Source of the DNA: Thalia democratica
Taxonomy: Eukaryota
Length of the DNA stretch: 64,000 nt
Reading direction: 5' to 3'
Assembly (NCBI GenBank): GCA_965202585.1
Contig: OZ241827.1
Location: 19,902,001-19,966,000, forward strand
Shown: in pieces, positions 14,201-26,892 of the stretch
How the letters are laid out: the number at the start of each line of letters is the position of its first letter
Numbering within the stretch: position 1 is the stretch's first letter
The notes under the pieces: model-generated
The model's database searches: none
What the model was told of the DNA's origin: nothing
The model's input: the letters and a program-made list of their open reading frames with translations, nothing else
Position numbers and translations under genes: made by a program

Positions 14201-17200
14201 GCTTTTAATGTTGTACTCTATATAAACTTTATTAACAGTTAATTGTATAGTTTGTTCTGTAAAGTTGTTATACAATCTAGTAAATGATAAGCTATTAATT
14301 ATTCAAAATTTTCAGCTTACTAACCAACGTTACAGTCTGAGTGGCAAGAAACTCCTTCCAGTAACAAACTCTTCTTGCAATAAACTTCACCATTTTCTGG
14401 TGCAGCAGGAGCTTTACACAGAGCTGTTTGAATAAAAATAAAGTTGTTTTCCCTATGTAAATAGTTTTTTAAAACCTGAAAATATAAAAGTTATCATTCA
14501 ATAAAGACCTGTATATAAGGAGGTGTTCATTTCAAAAACGCTTATTGTAATTCACAATAAACTTTTTTTTTTGTCAAACAATACATCTTTTATTTGTATA
14601 TTTTTTTTATATTACTTAACTAACGTTGACAAACAGGTGGTGGATTATTAAATGTTGGATGATCAGCACCAGATGAAAGTTCACAAGTTGATTTGATTAT
14701 TCCATCCAAGTGGTAACCTGCACAATTATTTTTTATAAAAATGTATTTGTTCTTGTTTTACCATCGCAAATATGATAAAAGCCAATTTAAGTATAAATAA
14801 AATTCGTATTTTTATCGAATTCGGGTTTGATTTAAAATCACACTTGATTTAAGAGACAAAAGAAATATTTTAAAGTTGATCAACTATCCTACCACACAAA
14901 AGTTAATATTTTCAAACCTTCATTACAGCTAGATATGCATGATACACCTTCCAACAGCAAATTGCTTTCGCAAACAATGTTTCCGTTCTCAGGGGCAATT
15001 AGCGCATCGCATAGTGCTACATATGAAAAAGTTAGTTAAGTAAAAGTTAATAGTGTAAATATTTTAGATCTTTAACAACTTTTCAATAATTAGTATCAAA
15101 TGTCATCCATCGATAATTAATATCTCGAAAGATTAATTACACACAACAATGGCAAATAAAAATTATTGGTTCTCAAAGACATTTTTTAATAATAATTTTA
15201 TTTTATTATGGCCTAAGTCCATAATAGTTGTTATTCTGTTTTTTAAAATTTAAGTAAACAACAAATGTTAATACTAACGTCTACAAATTGGTGGCGGGTT
15301 GTTAAAAGCTGGAAGATCAGAATTTTCATCAGCATTCTCAGGAAATTCACAAGTTGTTATTTCAGGTCCGTCTAAGTAGAATCCTGAAAAATCAATTTAT
15401 GTATTATACAATTTATACCTATATCATTAATTTTCTATATGTAAGAAAAAAGTTGCTTCTAAATAATTAGTTGAGTTGTAAATTTAAAAAGAAAAGTTTT
15501 GTTTTTGTTTAAAAGCCATTATTGTTTAACACTAAAACACAGTTTAGTTTTACGGTAAAGTACATACATAAAATATTCCTAGCTGGCGTAAACATAGTTT
15601 TATTTTATGCTTAAAATAAACTTCATTTGAACTTACGGTCGTTGCAAGTAGATTGACAGTTGACTCCAACGAGCAACAAATTGCTTTCACATTTCACATT
15701 TCCGTTAACTGGCGCATTTGGAGCATTACACAATGCTGTAAGAATATAATTAATATGAAAAAGTTTGTAAAAAAACATTAAAACTACGCCTATAATTAAT
15801 AAAACTAGTAATCAAACTATCTAAATTTCATGTTTTTCTAGCTATTCAACATAAATGTTTTATAGTAGAAATTATTCTCCACTATTTTACAACACGAGTC
15901 TCTTCCAATTTTTTTTTTATTAGAACTTTTTCAGGTTTTGCTACACAAAGACCTTGCTAAATGTTTTAAATAACTTAAATCAGCCTTAATATGCAATCGT
16001 AAATACTAACGCTTGCAAGTAGGAGGTGGGTTGTTGAAAGTTGGATCAGCAGCTCCATTGTAAAAATCACAAGTTGCTTTGATGGCCCCTTCTAAATGGT
16101 ATCCTGTAGAAGTAGAGATATTAATTGGTTGGTATAACTATTCCTAGTTCAAAGTTATAGGTATCATAAATAACTTCACTGTTTAACAAATCATATTCTT
16201 GATTTTATAAAAAAAAATTACCTTCATTGCAGCCAGAATAACAAGAAACTCCTCTTTTCAAATCAGCTTGCTCACAAGATACATATCCGTTAAGTGGCGC
16301 CTTAGGGGCGTCGCATCTTTCTGTAAAATTAATTATTTTATTGCCTGTTTACAAGAAATTTTGTATAAATATTTTTCTCTTGGTTAGATATTCACTTATA
16401 TACAAGCTTTAAAAATACTTAATAAGATAGATACATTCAAGTTTGTTTCGCTTAAGTATTTGATCAGTCTTAAAAAATAAAGACATATAACTATTTCCTT
16501 ACTTTCTTTGCAGTAAGGAAAGTTGAATTTAGTTCCGAGATTTTCAGCAGTACAGATGTTGATGTTGTTGCCAATTAAATCGTATTCTGTGTTTGAAAAT
16601 CTTATTATTCTACTGAATTATATAAATAACACATGGTAAACATTAAACTTACGTTCTCTGCAGCTGTAGTAACAAGTTACTTTTGTCTCCGTCGTCTCAC
16701 AAAACACGAATCCGTTGAGAAGTTTTTCGGGAAGACCGCAGTTTTCAGGGGTTAAAGGATCTATTGAGGCATAATAATATTTAATAACTAAAAAAGTTTT
16801 GATTTTCGAGTTTAGTATAGTTTTATATCTTTTAATTTCACTAGATTGTTCTTTAATTTAAAAAACAGCTCTGGTTTTAAGTTATCAACAACATACTCAC
16901 TAAAGTACTTAATGTTTCGTTCTTTAATCTATCTTTTATTTAGCAATACTTCTCTAAAATTGAAAATAGCAACTGCATTGGAACTACTACTATCGTTTCA
17001 AGACTAAAAGCGGTACTATTAATGTCAATAATATAACTAAACTACATTCAGAGCTTTTACATAAGTTCAGTTTGTTATAATTTAAAAAAACTAATAATAA
17101 GCAGTCTTACCGTACTCCACGTTACAAGCGGTAGATTGATCCGCATTGCAGCCATCGAAATTGCAGCAGCACCTGCAAACAGATCCTCCTTTCTTGTTAC

Positions 17201-20200
17201 ACTGAGTTGGATCCCAAGCTGGGCGGGGATTCTGTAGTATAAGTGAACATTTAAAAATATTTGTATAAATAAAATTATACTAATGAATAAATTGACTTGC
17301 TCAATTTTTAGTAGTGATGTACCGGACCCACAATTTCGGGTCCGGCCGGACCCGGATCCGGACTTTTTTTTCAAACTAGAATCCGGCCGGAGCCGGACCC
17401 GGACTTTTTTTTCAAATTATAATCCGGCCGGAACCGGACCCGGACTTTTTTTTCAAACTAGAATCCGGCCGGAACCGGATCCGGACTTTTTTTTCAAATT
17501 AGAGTCCGGCCGGATCCGGATATCAGACAAAAATGGCAATATCCGGCCGGACCCGGATAGTGAGTCCGGTACATTACTAAAATAAACTAGCCTGAGTCAG
17601 AATGAGGTTTTTAAAAACTGAAAAAAATAACTTTAATCTAATAATAAGTAGAACAGCTAGCCACAAGGTTTACAAATTTAGATGTTATTTACAATTAAAA
17701 ATCTGAAATCAAGTTCATGAACACAATACACTAGAAAATTACAAAATATTGAAAACTGGATCAGCTCAAACTCATTCAAAATCTAAAAGAAAACTAGCCT
17801 GAGTTTTTACAAAAAAAAAATAAACTAGCCTGAGGCAGTCAAAGATTTTCTAAAATTCCCAAAAATTTTCAAACTAGCAGGGTTGCCACTGTTTAAGTCA
17901 ATAAAACTAGCTAGAGTGAGTATAAACAAGCCTGAGTCAGAATGAGGTTTTTAAAAACTGAAAAATTACTTTAATCTAATAATCAGTAGAACAGCTAGCA
18001 AAGGTTGACAATTTATTAGTAAAGTTGTGGACTGATTGTGGTACACTTAACTTATTAGTACTACCCATCATAATTAAATCCTACCTTATTTAATTAATAT
18101 CTAACAAATACTAAATTCTAACTGAGACTACTTTCTATAATCAGACACGACAGTTTTGAGTGATGAATCTTTTATATAAAACACAACAAGAAAAACTAGC
18201 ATATGCAAAATTATTAACACTTTAAAAACTGGAAGCTATTTAAATCTATATCAAAACACTTAAAACAAAAAATTAAATAAAACTTTTAGTAAACAAGAAA
18301 CTGTAAAATTTTTAATAAACTATTAAACTATAAACCTGGCTTAAATATTTAAACAATTAAACACCTGTTGAAATATTCACTTTTAAGACAAAACACCACT
18401 ACTTACAATAAGCATTCACAAAAACGTTCAAGATATTTTGTTGCTTCAAGCTACACACCAAACTAACTAACTGCTTACATATAAACTGCCTGTCATGTTC
18501 TGATGTTTTGTTGCATCAGTATTTAGTTTGAAACATTTCGTCATATGATTCTCATTGGCTCGTACATTCAACCGTATTAACTCTAAATATTCTCTTAGCT
18601 CGACTTTAAACAATAAATAATGCAAGTATTCATTCCAAAGTTTTCAATTTTACAACATATGTAAAGAATTGCATTTCATGAAATGTGTATTTATAGTTTA
18701 AATGTAAACAAGTTTAAATTAGTCACGTGTACAAAATGAGCCAATCACGGTAGGTGTTTAATTTTAACTGGCGAAAATGAATCTTATTAATTTTCACAGG
18801 GTTTTTTTTTGAAAAGATACTTTTCAGTATGCTCTTTTTTACTAACTAGATCCGGGTCCGGCCGGATCTCTGTTAGGATCCGGCCGGACCCGGATCCGGA
18901 CTTTATTTTCAAATTAGAATCCGGCCGGAACCGGACCCGGACTTTTTTTTCAAATTAGAATCCGGCCGGAACCGGATCCGGACTTTTTTTTCAAATTAGA
19001 GTCCGGCCGGATCCGGATATCAGACAAAAATGGCAATATCCGGCCGGACCCGGACCCGGATAGTGAGTCCGGTACATCACTAATTTTTAGTTGAAACTTT
19101 TAAATGGAAACGATGACTATTTTTATTACAAGTGAGTAATTTTTAGAAAAAACTTATTTATTATAAATAGCTACAAGAAAAAACAATTTCTTCAACTACT
19201 GTAAAATTTGAATAAAAATATTTAAACTTGTATAACACCTCAATTGTAGATTTTAAAATAAATCAAAATATAGTGTTATCTAATTAATTTAAATATTTTT
19301 GTCAATAAAAAAATAATAAGTTTATGAATTAAAACTATAGCTTACTTTTTTCACATAAACTCTTTAAAAACTTCTTTTATGTAAGATAAATTAAATTTAT
19401 ACCTGTACTTCGTTATTGAAACAAGCCAAATCTTGCTTGCACCTTCTAGTGATTGATTTTCTTCCGCCGTCGTACAAACGAGTTTCAGAAAAACAACTTT
19501 CCTGGTAAAAGACATGTTATTAGTTGAAACCCGGAATTTTTTTATGTAAATAGTAATATATGTAATCAAAACTAGTACAAGTACAACGCAATTTATCTTA
19601 GCTAGCACGATATAGACAATTACGAGTTTAAAACTGTTGTTAGCTTAATAAAATAGAAACCGTCAGTGTTTTTAAAATTGTCCTTTTTTCTCTTACATTT
19701 AAGTAGTTCTGTTTCATTCATAAAGTCTAATGTTTTTTTATTATTTGCAAGTATTACCTCGTTTGAGCTACATTTTTCTAATTTTCCTTTCAATTGACAA
19801 TCTATATCACTTTCAGCATTTTGACACGTCCAACAGTGTAAAGCTGCTCATTTAAAATATTGTTTATATGCTTGCAAAACTTTTCAAGTCTAGTATACAA
19901 TTCTATTTTCTATACAATTTATAGAAAAAGGTTTTTTTTAAGTCCTTACCCTAAGCTACTTGTTAGCAAATATAGAGCAGTGTTTTAAACTTTTTAAATA
20001 AGTGTAAAGCTGTCTGTTTTCACTACATTTTATTAAAACTTACAGACCATTTTAAATTAATAGAATATAAATTTAAGCTAGATATAAATAAGTCAAACAT
20101 TTTTAATATTCAACAGTTTTTAGCTTAAAAAAACTTTTTATTTATCATCAGGCTTAAAAAAAGAGAACTAAAGTTGTTCAAAAAGTACGTGGTGTTTTTA

Positions 20201-20301
20201 ATTTCATTTCGAAAATTAATTTAAAACTGCTCAAAAAACTTACCCTGGATAAATGGAACAGCCACGGCAAAAATAACAACTGTTAGTTGTAATAACTTCA
20301 T
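11275..20301 (-). CDS. Secreted Ly6/uPAR-like + 6x Sushi/CCP + VWA domain protein, 19 exons, 701 aa
   Basis: Exons: 20301-20244 (MKLLQLTVVIFAVAVPFIQG, signal peptide); 19843-19758, 19501-19403, 17231-17111 (LHCWTC...CKQDLAC...CRCCCNFDGCN); 16760-16653, 16586-16503, 16320-16222, 16103-16011, 15735-15637, 15383-15279, 15016-14918, 14717-14625, 14423-14325, 13870-13778, 13524-13339 (CCP1-6); 12977-12866 (DLFIVLDSSSSI, MIDAS), 12555-12407, 11995-11835 (GTKTGKAL...LLITDG), 11436-11275 (VFAIGIG...SCN*). All junctions GT-AG with consistent phases; 2106 nt. Confidence 0.93.
11462..11818. repeat. Tandem repeat, ~120-bp unit x3, in the last intron of the VWA gene
   Basis: TTAGTCAAAGTTTGTT...TTACCTTCAAGTATT starts at 11471, 11590 and 11710. 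Confidence 0.9.
17312..19082 (-). mobile_element. Composite hAT MITE, copy B, 1771 bp, inverted relative to copy A; intronic in the VWA gene
   Basis: Same TIRs as copy A. Perfect 8-bp TSD ATTTTTAG (17304-17311 and 19083-19090). Internal sequence is the reverse complement of copy A, with more CCGG subterminal units. Confidence 0.93.
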
Positions 20302-21698
20302 TTTGTAAAATAATACTTTGTAGTTGTAATATTATACCTTAAAAATTATTGAAAATTTATTTGTGCATAAAAAACCAGTTAAAATTTCAAAAGCGTTTAT
20401 TTATTCTATAGGAGTAGTATTTAGAATTAAAAATATTATACCAATTTAAAAGTTTAAGTTGATTATAAGTTATCAACGCTAACACTATTCTAATTAGAAA
20501 TGTTTAATTCGTTTAATTTTTTTTTAGCTAACTAGCTTTCATTGTAGCTAAGCAGCACACTGTTGTAGTTCAAAAAGTTCCGATATATATACTATTGCAA
20601 ATCTATTATTAGAACAATTAACTTAATTTGTCTTATGATTACGTCTGGATTCAATGATCTGTAATTAACAATTAAAATGCTATTTTAATCGTTAACCTCG
20701 TGTTAGAAAGTTTTATATAGATGATATATGTTATTAATAACAAGCAAATTAATTGTAGCAAAACGTTTTCTGGTAACGTTGCTAAGCGACAACACGTTCT
20801 ATATACCGCAATTTCGCATGTTAAAGATGAAAGCTATCAACTAACTTTGAAATAAAACTATGTCCAATTTTAAAGAAATTTACGTTAAACGTATTTTATT
20901 AGTTTATTTAAAAAAATGGTTAATTCTTAAAAAACATTAATGTAAAATATTTATCTTGACTGTTATAATTCGTTCGAATTTAATTCGCGCTTTTTAAATT
21001 GAACCTGGTAAAATTGTTTTTATTTATTTTCTCTCTTTGGTTATATACGAATTAGTTTTAACAGTTTTAAACATAAAAGCTTATAAGGTTTCAAATATAG
21101 TAAAAAAGTTCAAATTGTATAAGTTGTTCATGTTAATATTTGTTAACAGTAAAGTATTTTAATGTTATAAAACTTATTGTCTTTATAGTAAACAAAATTA
21201 AAATTACTTCAATTGTCCGCTCGGGGGGCCTGGCAGCCCCGACGGAACAGATACTGCCTATGAGTCACTTGAGATCATCTTAAAATACTCTTACTTACAA
21301 GATAAGAAGTTTAGAATATTAGACAATATTAGAATATCAGAGTATCAAATAATAGAATATGAATATAGGGAATATGAATACCATTAATGGATATCAATTA
21401 CAATAACAAATACTAATAATAATATGAATGCTTAACAGAATTTAATAATTCTAAATAATTATATATAAATACAGAAAACTTAAACTACCACTAATATACT
21501 AATTAAATGACTGATACATTATAAACATCTATGAAAATACTAAATTTTATTATTAAACAAATTAGAAATGTAAACCTGCAAATAAGGAAAATCAAAAGAG
21601 AATAACACATTTATAAGTTGTTTTTAAAAGCAGTTCATAACAGTTCATACACCAAGTTCTCTGAAGCTCTAATCATTTTACTCTACCAACATAAAACC

Positions 21699-22816
21699 AC
21701 GAGCGTGAATTTGGCTTGAATGGCATTTTTTTTTAACTTTTTTTTTAAACTAAACTTTAAAACCAATTATTTTCAAATTCTTTTATGCTAACTTAAAACT
21801 TTTTTTTTATTCTAAAGAAAGTTCTTTGCTTTGCTTTTCACAATAATTTCCATCGAATCGGGGTTTGACACTTGTAGTGAATTTGGGGCATCTTCAAAAG
21901 TTTTGAGATTTTTTCTATATTTTTAGTTTTACAAGTTTTTCTCCAAAAATAATAATTTTTTTTAATTTCTTATAATTAAATACTTATTAAACTAAATTTA
22001 AACTTGTTATTTTTTTTTCGAATTTATTTATTTTATACCATAAGCCTAAATAATTTTTTCAGAAAAATCCCAATTTTGCACGTTTTTCGATTTTTAGGTT
22101 TACAGACTTTTATGCAAATAGATTTTTTTTTTAGGTTTTGTTTTTAACAGACTTGTATAGTTAAGTTTCATGATCTAATTACTTTTTTTTTTCCCCAATT
22201 AATTATTGTTTTAAGATTATATGATCAATACAAGTTTTACTTAAACTCTTAGCACTTGAGCAAGAAATCCCTCAAATAGCTTTGCTAAGAATTTAGGTAA
22301 AACTTAAATGGGTCATATATTTAAAAACAAATAATTAATTGGGAAAAAATATAATTACATCATGATATTTAACTTAACAAGTCTGTTAAAAATAAAAGTT
22401 ATAAAAAAAAAATTTTGCATAAAAGTCTGTAAACCTAAAAATCGAAAAACGTGCAAAATTGGAACTTTTCTGAAAAATTTATTTGGGCTTATGGTATAAA
22501 AAAAATTTAAGTGGAAAAAAGATAAACTTCAAGTTAAAACTCAGTTTAATAAGCATGCTAAATAAAAAAATTATTACTTTTGGAAGAAACTTGTAAAACT
22601 AAAAACATAGAAAAATCTCAAAATTTTTAAAAGGGTCCCACTACAAAAGTCAAACCCCGATTTGATGGAAATTATTGTGAAAATCAAAGCAAAGAACGTT
22701 CTTTAGAATAAAAAAAGTTTCAAGTTAGCATAAAATAATTTGAAAATAATTAATTTTAAAGTTTGGTTTAAAATAAAAATTATAAAAAAAGCCATTCAAG
22801 CCAAGTTCATGCTCGT
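21699..22816. mobile_element. Foldback/Mutator-like (MULE) non-autonomous element with ~500-bp TIRs
   Basis: Arms ~21699-22228 and ~22313-22816 are diverged reverse complements (ACGAGCGTGAATTTGGCTTGAATGGC / GCCATTCAAGCCAAGTTCATGCTCGT). Perfect 9-bp TSD CATAAAACC (21690-21698 and 22817-22825). Confidence 0.85.
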
Positions 22817-24381
22817 CATAAAACCTGTCTTCAAAATCACTAAATTCTATCTATTATTACGTCACATGTTTTGATTTTAGCGTTCTTAGAAATATATAAC
22901 TATTTTGTAGTTTTTCGAATTTGAATTCCTATACAACGTTACACAATAATTGATTCATTAATTGAATATTAAAACACCTTTGAATAAAAGTTATTTTTAA
23001 GTATTTGAAAATTAGAATGTACCAATTTCAATAATTTTAAATACCATTTTTTCCGCTCAAAAGCTTGTTGTGACGTTTTGTTAGTTTTGTAAGTTTTGAC
23101 TAAATTTTCATAGTTTTAAGACTTATTTGCAACAAAAACAATCATTAAATACTACTTTTACTTACAGCAATTGTAATCGCCATTAAAATTAATAAATACA
23201 AGGGTGTGTTCAAAACAGATTTTGCAGTAACATAAAAAAAAGTTTTAAACGTTTTTCTTTAACTTTGATGTTTTTAAATAATTTTAAAATGTAGTTAAAC
23301 GTAACTCAATGACTGAATAACAACAGTAGCTTATCCTATCATAATGTTTTAAAGTTTATTAACCAACTTTTAAATAATATCTAGATTTTTCCAATTAGAC
23401 AGACGAAAATTAAATGATGTTCTTTGATATTTTTTTGATAATATCTAAACTAGTTTTATTCTAGCATCATTTGTTTTACAATACTTTAATAAAAAAATCT
23501 TTAAGATACCGTTTTTTATCAAAACTGAATAGATAGTAAAAGTTATTTTAAAGATATACAAGAATAATAAAATATCGTATTTTAGTGGAAATTTTTGAAT
23601 TTTTGAATTCATATAACTTCTCGATGTACTTTCTTTAGAGATTTATTTAACCTGACAAGTAAATAATAATTCAATTTTTTTCTTTTAAAGGTTTTTTTTT
23701 AAAGTGTATAGCTTATTGGTTAACTATTGTGAGACATTGTAGCTTTGTTTATAAGTCATCATAAGTTCGCTAAAGATATCAAACAGAGTAGTAGTGAAAT
23801 CTACATTAAAATTGATTTTCCAATCTAAAAAACAATAAAAATTTTAGGTAAGACATGCAAATTGATATAAAATTGTTTGTTATAAGTTTACATACAAAAC
23901 TTGATTTTGAAAAAGTATGTATTTTAAACGTTTGTTGAAACAATCTAGCTATATAGGCTTTGTCTTGAATTAACGTTTTAAATTTCACGTTATATTTTTA
24001 TAAGTTTTCAAACTCTTCTAAGTTGCTCGATAGTAAGTGGTTTAAATTGACACTTCATGACGTTTTTCAGCTGAAATAAAACGTTATAAACTTTATACCT
24101 TTTAAAGAATAGGATTTAAACTAATATTAATCAGCATTTAAAACGTTTAGATTTTTTATGAACATTTTAAAGTACGAACTAAAAGTTAATAACTTATTTA
24201 CTGTTATTACCTTAAGCCTTTTGGACATACTTAATAAAAGTCTGTTTAAATTGCTTTTGATTTATGTCGCTCACACAGTTTAAGAATACAACTAAGAATA
24301 CCACAGTATTAAAACTAATAACTTAAAATAAATAGTTAAACGCAAGAAAAAAAGATAACTTTGTTTTAAAAGTTTACTTAC

Positions 24382-25217
24382 TTTTTCTAGAAAAGATCTT
24401 TTTTGTTCATTTCTAAGTTGATCTGTAAAAGAATTTTTTAAAGAGGTTTAATTTGTTTTAAATACTTTGTTTTTTCTTTGATATATTTTCTATTAACAAT
24501 TTTTTAAACTGAAAAAACTAAATGTATGTAGTCAAATAAAAAATATTTAGTTGAGATTTACCAAAAAGTTTTAAGAAATATACAAGTATGTAAAACTATT
24601 TAAGTCTTTAAATTTTTACTGCAAAATCGTTTTAGACTAATATAAGCATGCTAAAACTTATCCACTACAAAAACTAAAAATCTTTGTAATATAGTCATAA
24701 CAAATAAGCAAAAAAAATATGAATTTGTTTTACCAGAGTAGCTCAGAGGTGTATATCCAACTTTATCTTCTACAAAGTTATTTTTTTCGTTTACAGAATT
24801 ATTTGTCTCATCTGAAACGTTTTTACCTTCATGTACAAAACTATTTTTTTCTGCTATGAAACTATTTGGTTCTTTTACAACGTTTTCATTTTCTTGTAAA
24901 GAATTATTTTTTTCTTCTACAGAAAAATTTGTCTTTTCTTCATCGTTTTTATCTTCTTGTAAAAAATCATTTTTTTCTTCTACAGAACTATTTGTTTCTT
25001 CTACAACGTTTTTATTTTCTTCAACAGAATTATTTGGTTCTTCTACAACGTTTTTATTTTCTTCAACAGAATTATTTGGTTCTTCTACAACGTTTTCATT
25101 TTCTTGAACAAAATTATTTTTTTCTTCTATAGAATTACTTGTGTCTTCTTCAACGCTTTTATTTTCTTGTAAAAAATTATTTTTTTCTTCTACAACAATA
25201 TCATTCTGTTCCGTCAT
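24382..25217 (-). CDS. Glu/Asn-rich tandem-repeat protein; partial model, 3' end unresolved
   Basis: Exon 25217-24734 (ATG after an AAG acceptor; VEEKNNFLQENKNVVEEPNNS-type 21- and 14-aa repeats; donor GTAAAA) joins in phase 1 to exon 24422-24382 (DQLRNEQKRSFLEK, donor GTAAGT). Possible terminal exon from ~24071 (LKNVMKCQFKPLTIEQLRRV*). Possible 5'UTR exon with a donor near 25675. Confidence 0.55.
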
Positions 25218-26870
25218 ACTTATATGGGTACAATTACATACAAAAGTCTTTAAAATTTAATAAAATATAATTAAATTTTCCAAAAAAAATTTCAAATTGA
25301 TGTTGTAGTGTTGCTTAGTAACTAAAACAAATTTGTTGCAAAAATTTAATCAAAAATACAAGCTTGTTTTTCAACTAATTGCGGAGCTTTAATTCTTAAT
25401 CAATGTTATTCGATGATAATTAGTCATACAAAAAATTAATTTTCAAAAGATATTGAAAATTTGAATTAGTTAAGCGTTTAATTACAATCTTATGATTTAC
25501 AAAACTTTCTTGAACCATATTCACATCATCACACTTACAAAATATAAAATTAGAACTTATAGTTTACAAAAACAAAATAAATATTTTCTAAAAATGCAAA
25601 CTTTAGTTAGCATTGTTGCTAAGTAACGTAATGTATCGATGAAAAACATCAGGGTCAGCAAACTACCGTTTACCTTGAAAACTTTTGGCTCTCGTATTAC
25701 AGCACTACTAAATTCGTAAACGCAATAACAGCAAAGGTAATAAAAAAAGGTAGATAAAACCGAATTTAGAAACTATAAGAAAATTCCTTAAAAATGAAAT
25801 TGAAACTATTTAGTAGAAAACTTCAAAGTGTTTAACAACAACACTAAAATATTAAGTACTATAGTATTAACAGCTCATGAATATTCTATAAAGTGAACTC
25901 TATAAAAATGTATGTTTAAAATTTAAAAGTATTTTAAAATATTTGATGCACAACAAGACTTTTATTTATAGGAAAAACATAAAAGAAACTAGAATAGAAT
26001 TGAGTAAAGGGGGCTAAAAAGCGCACAATACTCATATTTCTACGTCTCTATGAGCTTCATCAGTCTTTCGAGCATAGCATTGAAATTAAAAAAACTGTCC
26101 TTTCAGTATTCAGAACTTTTTTTAGAGCTCTGGCAACTTTGGTAAGCGGTCAATGACTTTATTGGTGGATATGAAATTAAACGAAGTGCTATATACAATT
26201 GAACCTCTTGTTTTGCTTACTTTGCTACAAGTATTGTAGAAGCAAAGTGGAGACGCAGTGACTAATCTTTTTCTTAAAAATATATTTAGTGTAGGCCTTT
26301 TAAGTACAGTTTAAATATTTTTAGCCATAATGAGTTTATACAATTTTCTGGGTAAGTAACCTATTTATGAACAATTTCGTGTTTATTTTTTTAAATATAT
26401 TTAATGTTCAAAAATTTTAACAATCTTAAAAAGTAATCTTTTTACTTTTGAATTATAAATTATATAAAGTTATGTAATAAAATACATTAATGTAGGTTAT
26501 ATTCAGACAATTTACAGTATAATAAGTAGTTTGACAGCATTACTAAGTAAAAAATTTTGGTTAAGAAATGATAAAAGTTTAAAGTTTATTGATTAAAAAA
26601 GTTTTGTAAGAAGTTTTTATGTTAAAATGCATCAAAGTTATAATTGAAAAATAGCATAAGAATAACCTTGTAATACTCATGTACAATTGATAAGATTAAA
26701 TTTAAATTTTGAATACAAATGTCTTTAATAGAAAAGAAACATATAAACGAGTTAAAATTTTAGCCGTTTAAAAAATTGTTTCAAAAAGATATGAAATACT
26801 ATTTTTTATTTTTTACTATTAACATTTTCCATTTTGGCAAGTATACTTTAAAACAGCGGTTCTTAACCTT

Positions 26871-26892
26871 ATATATATATATATATATATAT
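26871..26892. repeat. (TA)n microsatellite; others at ~43321-43345, 44458-44482, 44827-44842 and 53608-53622
   Basis: Direct reading of dinucleotide runs. Confidence 0.9.

Noticed and set aside
24856-25132. Plus-strand F/L/S-rich ORFs
   Set aside because: Antisense shadows of the E/N-rich repeat exon.
26040-26070. Other CUGAUGA matches (near 26060 -, 33350 +, 35404 -, 20147 -, 57250 -) as additional hammerheads
   Set aside because: None is followed by a paired helix II and GAAA with a closing NUH and helix I.
25972-26350. Plus-strand exon-like region as a protein-coding gene
   Set aside because: All three frames after the acceptor stop early; it opens only if a frameshift is assumed in the G5 run.
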